The notes beneath the pieces are model-generated. The model worked only from the letters and a program-made list of their open reading frames with translations. It was not told the DNA's origin and searched no databases. Shown here one piece after another: positions 25,232 to 38,771 of a DNA stretch of 64,000 nucleotides. The DNA is from Tubulanus polymorphus (lineage: Eukaryota; Animalia; Nemertea). The position numbers and the translations under genes were made by a program. The stretch lies in contig NC_134029.1 in the NCBI RefSeq assembly GCF_964204645.1, forward strand, positions 14,502,950 to 14,566,949. The letters are read 5' to 3'. Positions within the stretch are counted from its first letter, which is position 1. Every line of letters starts with the position of its first letter.

Positions 25232-26053
25232 ATGGTAGAATTAAAAGAATAAAGAATATTTGTTGATTCTAGAAGACTTACAAATTATAAATCACATAAT
25301 TTATTAGTACAATTAGATAGAGAATTTAAAAATTGTGTAGATTTAAAATTAGTAAATATTAGTTTATGTAACTCATTTTATAATATATCGAATAAATCTA
25401 TTGAACATAGAGTCTTTTTAATTCATGACAGAAATAAAAATAGATGGTTTCATCTTTATCTTAAACCTGGATTATATAATTTAGAAACATTAGCTCAAGA
25501 AATTAATAAAAGAGCACGCTCAAAAATGGGCGCATCTGCTGGATTTGGATTAAGACTTATAAAAAGTGATAGCTCTGATAAAGTAAGAATGAAATTAGGA
25601 AATGAAGATCAACATCAATTTCTAGTTAAAAAACCTTTCGTTAAAATTTTAGGAATTAACCCAGATGTAAGGATACGTAATGCTGATGCTACACCAAACT
25701 TAATACCTTTTACACACTTTTATATTAATTGCAATTTAATTGATCCTACAAAAACATTTGAAGCAACTAAAGATACAATTTGTAATTCTGGTTTATTGAA
25801 TATTTTACCATTGAAGAATGTTAAAGAATTTGGAACTCAAATAAACTATAATTTAGCCGAGTGCGAATATAAACCTTGCATTCCTCAATTTAAGAATTTT
25901 CGATTAGAAATTATAAATCATAATGGATATTTAATTGATTTGAATAACTTTCCTGTAATTTATGAATTAGTTATAAGATGTAAAGAGGAATTTTCTTTAT
26001 ATAAAAATGAATATAACTGTTGGACCGAGTATATGTTTTATGTTTGGTTTTAA
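25232..26053 (+). pseudogene. Penton / minor capsid protein (single jelly roll); stop at codon 7, natural end ~25992
   Basis: In-frame upstream extension IFVDS..FKNCVDLKL..NSFYNI..LKPGLYNLETLAQEIN, then FYINCNLID and LEIINHNGYLIDLNNFPVIYELVI. Confidence 0.75.
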
Positions 26054-26345
26054 ACATGGTAAAGAAATGAGGATTAAACTAAATGATGTATTTACTGATA
26101 TAAAAAGTAAATCATTTAACAATGCATCAATGATTAATAAAGAAAATTATAATATAGAAAAAGTAATTGGTTAAATTAAAACACCCTTAGAATATTATGA
26201 AGTAAATGAAGATGGAATTATCGATGATATTAAAAACATATTAACTGAAATATATGATAATCATAAAAGTAGTAATGAAAGAAATGTTGAAATAATCATA
26301 AATAAGATAACTAAATATTTTGAAGGTGATTTTTTTGAGAAATAA
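26007..26345 (+). pseudogene. Hypothetical ~113-aa protein (internal stop); intact paralog at 48572-48913
   Basis: MNITVGPSICF start; homology to copy B. Confidence 0.7.
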
Positions 26346-26567
26346 ATGAGTGATAATAAGTGGATAATAACTGGTTTATATAATGGAGCATTACTATCAG
26401 TTGGAACTGTTGGTTATTCAATGGTATTAAAAAAAGTATTTAAAATGGGAAGTGTTAATGTTGATAGATTTGATATCAATGATATTTTAAAATTAACATT
26501 AGCAGTTACTTTATCTAATTTAACAATTGATTATTTGGAAAAACAAAAATATATTCCTCCTATATAA
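26346..26567 (+). CDS. Small hydrophobic Polinton-like protein, 73 aa
   Basis: Conserved with 48914-49135 (2 aa differences); TAAATG start. Confidence 0.8.
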   Translation: MSDNKWIITGLYNGALLSVGTVGYSMVLKKVFKMGSVNVDRFDINDILKLTLAVTLSNLTIDYLEKQKYIPPI

Positions 26568-26591
26568 ATGCGTAATTTTTTTGCTAAATAA

Positions 26592-27013
26592 ATGGCATCT
26601 GCAATTATAACTATTATAGGATCGACAATTGTTAACGCTTTAGCATTTACTGGTGGTGGTTATTTATTTAAGCATATTGATAAAAATAGTTCATTAGTAG
26701 AACAAAGAACACATAACTTAGCATTAGAGAAATATAATAAAGCAGCAGAAGAATATTGAGAAATGAGGCAAAACTATATGGATTATATCAATAAAGAATT
26801 ATATAATCAGAAAATTACACATAGAGATTTTCAATCAGTCGATGAAGCTATGAGTTTATATAACGCAGTTACAAATCGTGAAAAATTACATCTATTTAAA
26901 CCTAAATTATCAGATTATTATACACCAAGTAGTGAACAGAAGAAATATGAAATAATTTGGAATTAGGTGGAACAGTTATTGTATTATTTGTTGCTTATGA
27001 ATTTACTAATTAG
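26592..27013 (+). pseudogene. Conserved membrane-associated protein (MASAII..VNALAFTGGGYLF..HNLALE..PKLSDYYTPSSEQK), internal stop/frameshift
   Basis: Manual translation; N-terminus repeated at 49159-49257. Confidence 0.7.
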
Positions 27014-27032
27014 TAATTTCTTTTCTAAATAA

Positions 27033-28560
27033 ATGGTTGATAAAGTTGATAATATTGATATTATTCCTCATGATATAAATAAAACTAAATTAAAATCATA
27101 TTTGGAAAAACATATATTAGAATTTGAAAATGTCGTAAAGATAAAAAGAAACAAGAAAATTAATTTTAGAAAATTATTTGACGCCTGCGAAAAAAAATGT
27201 ATAATTTCTGGGCTAAGCTAATGTGGAATTGCAAATCTGAAATCGAAGTTTTAAGAAATTTGGGGAATGATGAGATTTGGCGATTGGGTAGATGATACAG
27301 CGGGTCTTCGACTCTAGTGGTTTAAATTTTTTATTGAAAATTCTCAATAATTGATCGCGAACTTGCGACCGACTTCATTTACTTATGCCTCTAAGCTGGT
27401 CTGCAACTTCATTGCCTCCATCGTTGAAGAACGAGCTCTTCTGATGTCTGCTTCATCATGACTTCGAGCATATCGTGTGGCCTAGCCAGTAAAATTCCGT
27501 GTGAAAATTCCTACAATTTCTGTCCATATCACGTTGATTTGACCCCGAAATCTTCAGGAAATGTAGCCAACGTAAATTGATTAACGAATAGAATTAATCA
27601 ATTGACTCATTTTAGAAATCATGGTTTCGTGAAATTCACTAAAGTCCTAAAACTCGCGATAAATTTAAGCCGAAAATGATTTCAACCATCCACCATGTTG
27701 TTTCATTGATAAAACAATTATTGCCACGGGTTTGGCAGTGTCACTCGATATCCTAGAGTCTTGAGTGAGTCTTGAGTCTGGGTGGGTTAAAGTAGACATT
27801 GTCATTTAAAATAACATGCTTATGTTGTTCTGTATGAATTACCCGTGTGTCATGTATGTTGTATTGATTATTTTTATTGATTTATTGAATTTGGGAATTT
27901 TATCCCGAAATTTCAATGTAATAAGGATCAATAAAGAATTGAATTGAATTGTCACCTAATACACATGCCATCAGAGGACGCGGAGCCGTATATGATAGCT
28001 ATGCTATTATAAATTGCTAATCTCACGAAACCTGCATACTCCTAATATCAAACATATTTTCTAAAACGTTTGAATATTGAAATTATATGTTTACACATTT
28101 TCATATTGACCGCTTGTAGCCCCTGATGAAATTCACGCCGGCCCTACACACATCGTATATAGCTTCGTCATTCCACCGGCATGCCCACGTCAGGGTCTGA
28201 CTTTTATATCAGACTTCCAAATCGTGTATACATCCGCCATTTAACCGAATAATCCGATTTACTTATCATTTCTATTTATGCCTGCCGCTTCTGATATAAT
28301 CATACATCCTTTACTATTACAATACGTCTTCTAATGATATTCAATGCAATATAACATTCAATTGGAGCTTTAGGTTTAAGTTCAAGTGTATTAACGGCAT
28401 AAGTTCAAAATTAAATATAAAAAGTTATAAAGAAAAAATAAAATCTAATATAAAAGAAATTAATAGATTAAAAAATACATTAGATTATATAATAAGTTTA
28501 AATGGTAATATAACAGTTGAAGAACAAGATAAATTATTAAAAGAATTAGTAAATTATTAA
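27033..28560 (+). pseudogene. Hydrophobic/coiled-coil protein gene split by ~1.1-kb insertion (~27215-28350)
   Basis: The 3' part (28355-28560) matches copy B 49330-49531. Confidence 0.55.
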
Positions 28561-28576
28561 TTTTTTTATTCTATAA

Positions 28577-29964
28577 ATGGTAGGTAGTTTTCCAAAAGCT
28601 TTCCAATATAATAAATCAATTAAATATAATATTCCAGCAATAGATTTTAATTAAGATATTTTATATAGAAATGAAGTTTTAAATTTGTTACTTAATTAAG
28701 ATATTTATGTTACTGAAACTAATAATTTTAATGCAAAGATGGAAAATATATTTCATGTATATTTAATTAATTTAAAAAAATTGAAAGATGAAAAACAATG
28801 GTTATTAAAATCAATATGAAATATTGGCAGAACCAATTAAATTTTGCTGTTTATTGTGCAACAACAGGATGTGGAATTAGTTGGAATGATCATTTAAATA
28901 ATTCTAAATATAAATTAATTCAAAGTTTATTTAGATTTCATACTTATTTTCAAATAAGATTGATATTAAATGAATTAGACACTCCTTTGCCAGGATCTAG
29001 ATATTTTAAAGAATTAGATAGTAATATAAATTTATAAAAGTTTTATAAAATTTGTAATGAATTTAATATAGATATAAATCATTCTGATTTTAGAACAAAA
29101 ATTGGAACAATAAAATCACTTCCTTGCCCTAAAAAGATTGCAGCATATTGTAAACTTCCCATACCATCTAATAGTTTTTATAATATCTATAATAATAAAT
29201 TAGGTTATGGTAAAATAGCAACTTTGGATTTAGAAACATTAAATTTCAATCAATTACCGAAATTCTATGATAATTTAAAACAAGAAAACAATAATGGTTG
29301 GGTTTATTTTACTTTAGATAATAGTGAAAGTTTTACTGAATCAGGTATACAAAGAATAAATCAATCAATTAGAACTTATTTGATATGTATTCTAGGATCA
29401 CAGGTTGAAACAAGATCCCCAATAATTGGAAATTTAAATACATCATTTGATACACAAAAACAATTTAAAGTTTTATTTGAAGATTCCATTCATGATGATA
29501 AAAATAGATCGATTCCAGAAAATATGGTAAGATATCAAAATTATTTAGATAAATCTCATGTAAGATTAAATTATTGTATAGGCCCTAATTTATTAATTAT
29601 TTCAAATGATTTATTATCAAAAATGGGAAATATAATTGGTTATAATAATTTAATTAAGACTGCAACAATGAATAATTCATTTGGATTAAATTATATAAAT
29701 AAAAAGATTATTACTGCTCCAAAATTAATGGAAGGTGAAAAAATTAAAAAACATATTCAATCAACTGAAACTAAAACTAATAATATCAAATTGGATAATG
29801 ATTCTAAAATAAAAGATTACAATACATCAGAAAATATAAAAACTGATAATATTCAACATGAAATAATTAAAACTAATAATGATAATAAATCCCATGAAAA
29901 TACTAAATTAGTTATAACTTGTATAGGAATTGTAATTGGAGGAATATTATATTTTAAATTTTAA
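28577..29964 (+). pseudogene. Conserved ~450-aa Polinton-like protein with C-terminal TM (MKYWQNQLNFAVYCATTGCGISW motif), multiple stops
   Basis: Fragments 28798-29037 and 29224-29964; near-intact paralog at 49549-50888. Confidence 0.8.
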
Positions 29965-29980
29965 TTTTCATAAGATATAA

Positions 29981-31842
<1,862 letters not shown>

Positions 31843-33074
31843 TTTAGCCCATTTTCGTCCGTCCGTCCGTCCGTCCGTAGACGGAATCCAGTTATTTTGG
31901 GAAGTTTTGAAGACGCTTCAATGTAATGTCTTGATATGTGGGTTACACATGTATCAGCCCTAGAAATATCTTCAGCCCAAAAATTGGCCCTGTCAGAATC
32001 AGAATGGCCGACTGGCAGCCATTGTTGTTCGCCAAAATCAATTCTTTACACATTTTTGAACTTTTTGAGGGAAATTTTGAAGACGCTTTGATCAATTACC
32101 TTGATCTGTCGGATGTATGTGAATCCCCATAGGGCCCATCAGCAAAACAAAAATTGGGTCGATCGGGCTCAAGATGACCGTCCTATGACCTTTTTTAGTG
32201 CCCAAAAATGTCAATTTTGTCCCGAATTCTGAGTCCTGTAGCTCCCTACTGATTTGCCATTTCTCATTGCAATTTGTGATGGGTATTCTTTGAAAAGGGA
32301 TGTTTAATACGTGAGACAGGTATTTTTCATCAGCCAATTATGACGCAATTGGCGGCCATCTTGGTGTCATCAGTACTCATTCGTAGGTGGGAAAAAGTTT
32401 TTCCACATTATATTGATAGATACCTAAGCGTATTTTGTCACCACAATCAATTAGAATCTTGTAGCTGATAAGGTGTTCTATGATTGTGGTGAGTTTCAAG
32501 GTCATTGGTTTTTGTATATGGCCACCAGGGGGCGTTGAATAATACAATATCTTAGTATTTCAATATTATATTCGTAACAATGCATATTTTGTAACCACAA
32601 TCATTTGCAAAGTTGTAGCTCATGACATCATCTATGATTGTGGCAAGTTTTAAGGCCATTAGTTATTCTATATGGTCACCAGGGGACGTTGAATAGTAGA
32701 ATAACTTAGTATTTCCTTATTATATTGGTACCTAGGCATATTTTGTTACCATGATCAATTACAAAGTTATAGTTCGTGACATGTTCTTTGATTATGGTGA
32801 GTTTCAAGGTCATTGTGTTTTGAATATGGTCACCAGGGGGCGTTGAATAGTAGAATAACTTAGTATTTCCATATTTAATTGGTAACGAGTCATATTTTGT
32901 TATCACAATCAATTACAAAATCGTAGCTGCTGACATGTTCTATGATTGTGGTGAGTTTCAAGGTCATTGGTTTTTGTATATGGTCACCAGGGGGCGTTGA
33001 ATATTGAAATTGTTAGATTGTTGAGCATTTGGAACCACATCCCAAGTGGGCATGGTGTCCCTGGACCCCTAGTT
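31843..33074 (+). mobile_element. HINE/Pearl-like non-autonomous Helentron with (GTCC)n, ~154-bp tandem array and 3' hairpin+CTAGT
   Basis: TTTTTAGCCC start, (CGTC)n at 31856-31877, four core repeats at 32430-33000, GTCCCTGGAC..CTAGTT end. Confidence 0.75.
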
Positions 33075-33084
33075 GGGTTAGTGA

Positions 33085-33518
33085 ATATGATCAGAAAGAT
33101 CTCATCATATCATTACTCATAATCCTTCTAATATTAATCCCGATGAAACTTTATTTGTTAGAATTCCTCGATTAACACAAAATACTTTTTATGTTCCAAA
33201 TAGTATTTATTGATCAGCTGATTCATTTATTTATCATTTTTCTCATTAGATGATTATAATTTATTTATGCATTATAAAGATTTATGGTTAACAAAAGAAA
33301 ATAGAAATAATATGATATTTCAAGGCATCCGATCAGATAACCAAAATAAATCAGATCAGAAGCTAATAATGCAATAATAGCTAATGCTACAGATAATTTG
33401 ATAAAAAAGATTTATGGAAGCAAATATTAGAAGTTTAAATTTCAAAAGGCACATTTATATTATATCTGACGCGCAATTAAATACTGTTAATTCTCAATTG
33501 AATGGTGTTATGTATTAG
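33085..33518 (+). pseudogene. Major capsid protein (double jelly roll) remnant with large internal deletions
   Basis: Manual translation: HIITHNPSNINPDETLFVRIPRL..YVPNSI; DDYNLFMHYKDLWL..RNNMIFQGI; C-terminal YIISDAQLN..VMY*. These motifs match my recollection of this Polinton group's MCP. Confidence 0.65.
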
Positions 33519-33550
33519 AATTTTAGTTTTAATAAAAAATTCTATAATAA

Positions 33551-34622
33551 ATGGAAGGAGGAATATATGAAATACAAAGTCCAAGTGAAATGATATCAGA
33601 TATATATTATGTAACACCTTATGATGAATATAGTAAGTATTTTGGAGAATACTTTAACCAATTCAAATATCGAATAAGTAAAATAGAAAAGAATATTGAA
33701 CCTAAAATAGAAAATAATGTTTAACCTAAAATAGAAAATAATGTTGAACCTAAAATAGATGATAATATTGAACCTAAAATAGAAGATAATATTGAAAAAA
33801 AAATAGATGATAATGTTATACCTTCTACATCGAACAATGATACGATTGAACCTGATATCAAAACCAAAAAGACAAATGAAAAATATTGTGACGTATGTAA
33901 GAAATTTTAAATCATATAAAATTGGGCATCACATCAGAAATCAAAGAAACATGTAGAAAAAGAAAAGAATAATAATATCATAGATGATATTAATACAATT
34001 GAAACTAATGATACCATAGATAATATAACAGATAATGTTGATACAATCGAAACTAATGATAATGAAACAATTGATGATTCTAAAAAAACATTATAATGTT
34101 TGTAATTTAGATATTTCTAAAAGTAATTTTTCTAAGCATAAAAAATCTCAGGCGCATATAGAAAATGAAAGGGGGTTAGAAGAACATGAAAAGAAATTAG
34201 AAGAAATAGAAAGAAATAAAACGTGTCAATATTGTAATAAGGAAATTGAACCTGTTGATGAAAATACTCATTATAAATCAAAATAACATCTAATTAATGT
34301 TTATAAAAATGTGAGTATGATACCATTGATAAATAACCCAATGAAATACATCAAATATTTTGATCCTAAAACTAAACAATATTATATATTCTAAAAGTTG
34401 TTATTTGATAAATTATAAGCTTATGCAGAAAATAATCTTGGATATCATTTTGATTTCTATATTGATGAATACTTTGAAAAATTAAGAGAAGAAGGTAAGA
34501 TACATACTAATTATCATAATCTGATGGTTCAACTAAAATTAATAAATATACCTACAGATATCAGTGAATTAGATATAAACAAAGATGACTTTATAAATTT
34601 ATTAGAAACAAAATTAGAATAA
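33551..34622 (+). pseudogene. Multi zinc-finger (U1/C2H2-like) protein with IEPKIENN repeats
   Basis: YCDVCK..HQKSKKH, CNLDIS..HKKSQAH and CQYCNK..HYKSK; stops and frameshifts present. Confidence 0.65.
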
Positions 34623-34859
34623 TTATTGTAAAACTATTTATGATATTTATGTACTAGACGTACGAGTAAGAATCCAAGAATCCTTACTTTCTTACTCGTA
34701 CACATAAATCATAAACATAGTTTTAATTTTAATATATAATTTATTCATTATTATATATTTCATTTAATAATTTATATTTTTGATTATTGTAAAACTATTT
34801 ATTTATGATCACGATAGGTAAAACACAATATCCGTGTTGACACGATGAGGAGAGAATCC

Positions 34860-35549
34860 CACAATGATAATAAAAAGTCCGAAAATGAAACTTTGAGATA
34901 GTAGTTTATTCAACGTTTCGACTATATCCTAATAGTCATCTTCAGGAATAATGAGATACTACAGAAATTATGAGATATATATACAATCCAGAGACAAAGA
35001 GACTAATTCAAGTAATCAGAGATGATACAAACTAAAGGAAAATTAACGTAGAAACAGTTACACGCTAAAATAGATTAAAGGGAAGCAAACTAAGGGGTGA
35101 TTATAAACAACAATAGTGAGTATAAATATAAATGAAACTTAAAGTCAGTAGTAAAAAGAAAGACAAACTAAGGGGCGCTTAAATTAAAACAAAGGTGAAT
35201 ACAAGTTAAGTCAGAGACGAAATTGATGAGAGAACAAATAACAAATAATCAAAGGGGAAATCAAGTGTTGAGTTTAACCAGTTTACAGAGGAATTTTGAT
35301 ATAAGTTTATTATGGGGTGAAAAACCATTATTAAGGTTTACAACGTTGTTCGAATTTTCAATAATTAATGCAGATTCCAAAATATGTCTTCTAGTTTTAT
35401 CGCTGCAAGGGTAAACTAATTCAGCATTAGCAAAATCAAAATTGTGTGAAGTCTGAAAAACATGACTAGCAACTCCGCTTTCAGGTTTAAAGTTTTTTAC
35501 ATCTAATTTATGCTCTTTTATGCGTTGATTAAGATTCCGACCTGTTTCT
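34860..35549 (-). mobile_element. Penelope-like retroelement 3' fragment (GIY-YIG endonuclease C-terminus)
   Basis: Minus-strand translation ETGRNLNQRIKEHK..SGVASHV..HNFDF..RRHILESALI..NLNNG, followed by a hammerhead motif. Confidence 0.85.
34906..34951 (-). ncRNA. Minimal type I hammerhead ribozyme (Penelope-associated)
   Basis: Minus strand reads TTATTC-CTGAAGA-T-GACTAT-taggat-ATAGTC-GAAAC-GTT-GAATAA: stem I, CUGANGA core, stem II, GAAA and palindromic AACGTT stem III. Confidence 0.8.
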
Positions 35550-35713
35550 TATTTATTTATCTATGTACTAGAAGTACGAGTAAGAATCCAAGAATTCTTA
35601 CTTTCACACTTTCTTGACAAGAATCTTGGATTCTTACTCGTACGTCTCGTACATAGATATATAAATAGTTTTGATTATATAATATTTATTTGGAAAATTT
35701 AAAATTATATTTT

Positions 35714-36649
35714 TTAAGGAAATTGTAGTCTCAGAAGTAATTTTGAACCTTTATTACTTTTTAATTTATTCATATATTCATCATGTAAGTCAGTAGGTAT
35801 AATTTGATTTTCTTCCAATGATTGTTGAATAGACTTCTATCTTTGTTATAAAATAAAACTAAAAACGTTATATTCTCCCTAAAGTCTTTAACAATTGAAT
35901 AATATTTTTGATTTAAAACTGATACAGAGCACGTCAACATTCGTAATTAAAGTATATTATGTAATACATATCTATATTGTAATTCTTTTAAAACCAACTT
36001 TATCCTTATCATTTCAATCCCGACCTTATACATTTCACTCGGCGCTGGTCATTTGAACTTTGTTCTACTGACGTCTGGCCATTGTCTAGTGGAGCAATAT
36101 AAGTTCATGTCATTCCATTCCTCCCTCTCTTTCTCTTTCGCTCTCTTTCTCTTTCGCTCTCTTTCTCTTTCGCTCTCGTTCTGGAACGCCTAATAAAGTC
36201 AACGTATAATTTATACTCTTGCGTTCAACATTTCATAACATCTGAGCTAGTTCCAGGTATCAAAACCCATGTTGTTCTTCCAAAATGTCTCCCAGAGAAA
36301 GCTAAAAAGCATAGTTCACTTTCTCTAACTTTTGAATCATGTAAATTAGCACAATCATCTATAATGAATAATGTATTTGAACCTTTATAAATATCAATTG
36401 CTATTTTAATACAATTATCTTAATTTTCTTTGACTTTTTAGGATCTAATATAATAAACTTTTTTATCTTAACTATATCTCTATTATATGTTTTATTCATT
36501 TCATAAGTGGGGCAGAATAATATTATATTATCAAAATGATTTTTATAAATAGTTTCTAACAAATCTAATATGAAATGCGTTTTACCACTGTTGATTACAC
36601 CAGTAACTAACATATTATGCGGTTCAAATATAAATAAATCTTTATTCAT
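35714..36649 (-). pseudogene. A32/FtsK-like DNA packaging ATPase, frameshifted and interrupted (~35880-36260)
   Basis: Walker A VTGVINSGKT, Walker B LFIIDDCA, LAFSGRH motif. Confidence 0.88.
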
Positions 36650-37655
36650 TTATTCTTTTAATTTTACTAGATAAAATCCATTCATTAAATTTGTCATCAT
36701 ACCCTTTATATTTCACCAGAGAATACTTTTTTCCTTAAAGATTTTTCTTTTCAATACTTTTTCTATTTTGTATTCTATTTCATCTGGATTTGGTGATAAT
36801 TCTTGTTCATAATAATAACCTAATATTTCTTCATCTTTTAGATCTTCTAATTTATAAAAAAAAAGGTTTAGTTAATATTATCTTTTTAATCTTAAATATT
36901 TCTTCGGTAAAATTTGGAGTATAAACTTTATAAAATGTTTTTCGATATTTAGATATTCTTACATGTTGTCCTATTTTAAATTTTGGTTCTCCAAAATCAT
37001 GTCTAACAAATGCTTCATATAAATTATTCCAAACTATTTCTGAATTATCTTCTTTTCTAGCTTGTATAGGTTTCATATGTATAGAACTATGTTTAGAATT
37101 ATTATAACCTTTCACTAAATCATCTAACACATCGATATATTCATATGTTTCATTAGCAGTAAAATATTTCCACATTCTAGTTTTCAATGTTTTATTGAAT
37201 CTTTCTATAATAGATGCTTTTTTATCTGAATGCGTTGAAAAATATTCTATACTGTTATCAGATAATAATCTTTTAAAATGTTTATTATAGAATTCCTTAC
37301 CTTCATCGAATTGTATCTTTCCTGGAATAGCTTCTTTAAATATTGATTTAAAGGCATTAGTAACTTCTAAACCAGTTATATTTTTGATTGGAATTGACCA
37401 TGCATATCTACTGAATATATCTATAAAATTCAATATCCAGAAATATCCTTTGTTATATTCTTCTAAGTTCTTCATGTCAATCAAATCTGCTTGCCATTGT
37501 TGATCAATATATGAAACCATTACTTTCCTTGTTAAATAATTTTTATCCAATTTCTTATGGATTTGATATGTTGGTTGATTTTGTAACCATAATCTTAGTT
37601 CACTATATTTTATATTTTCTTTATCAGATTTAATTTTATCCCATAATTCTGAAAC
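36642..37655 (-). pseudogene. Polinton rve integrase with C-terminal chromodomain (5' deleted, frameshift ~36860)
   Basis: DDE core WQADL/FDEGKEF/IIERFNKTLK; after the shift YKIEKVL..LVKYKGYDDKFNEWI chromodomain. Confidence 0.92.
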
Positions 37656-37656
37656 A

Positions 37657-37893
37657 CTAGAATATAATAACTGCGATTAACCCAATTGTAATATATAATT
37701 TATTATTACTTCCAGCATGAGAAGAATTAGATGGATTATCATTCGAATCAATAGCAGATAATTTCTGTGATTCATTTATATCAGTTAATTTCTTTTTCTT
37801 AGCTCTTTTTAATTCTGAAGATCTTTTACCCAATTCCCTAGCCCATTTAATTTGTTTTTCGGATCTAGGTTTCTTCTTAATATCATCACTCAT
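37657..37893 (-). pseudogene. Small basic TM protein, 3' truncated by a deletion fusing it to the integrase
   Basis: Paralog of 1372-1735; the segment equivalent to ~1600-1807 is missing. Confidence 0.7.
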
Positions 37894-38470
37894 TTATTTT
37901 ATTTTATTTTTGTTCTGATTCAATATCTTCTGATTTACTTTTATCTTTATATTCTATAGGTTTGATATTAGAAAATGTTATTACGCCAGTAGAAATTAAT
38001 GTCATTATTCCTCCTAAAATGATGCGTATCCAACCCATTTCTGTAGTTCTGTCATAACTAAATTATCATTCTTTAAATCACTATATAATTTATTTTCATC
38101 ATCAATTGGTATTATCCGGTTACATAATTTAGAGTAACATTTTACTATTCCATCACTGATAAGAGTCAGTTATTTTAGCTAATCTAGCTTCTTGATATAT
38201 GTTGAAATGTTTGATTACTTTATCTGGTTTCATATTATCTAATTCTTGAAAAGTTATAATTTTAGTGAGAAATTCCTTACACTTGCCGCTAGCAATTAAT
38301 AGTTCTATTTGGGGTTTACAATATAGATAGTAGTCGTAATCAATATTACTATCAATTTTATTATCAATATTATTTTCAATTTTGGTTGGAATATCCTTAT
38401 TATCAGTAATGCACAAATCTTCAATTGTTTTTTCAATATCAATACTATTTTTACTCGATTTCTTTGACAT
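37886..38470 (-). pseudogene. Paralog of the 202-aa protein, frameshifted
   Basis: MSKKSSKNSIDIEKT start; homology continues past 38153. Confidence 0.8.
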
Positions 38471-38771
38471 TTATTTTAGAAAAAAAATATTATTAGTATT
38501 ATGAAATGATACTAGCTAGTTAAAGTCAAAGAATTCTAGTATTGACTAAAAATACTAGCTATTTGAAGTTAAAGAATTTCTATTCAATTCTATTCAAAAT
38601 CTATTTAATCTAGTGTTAATTAGAATTGCAAAAGAAAATATTAAAAATATAATAGAATTCACTAGCTAGTTGAAGTTATTGTTTTTTAATACTTTTTATT
38701 TAAATTAGGATTCAATATCTCACTACTATTGTCTATCTATTAGGAGTGGTAACTATAACTGTCCAGATAAG

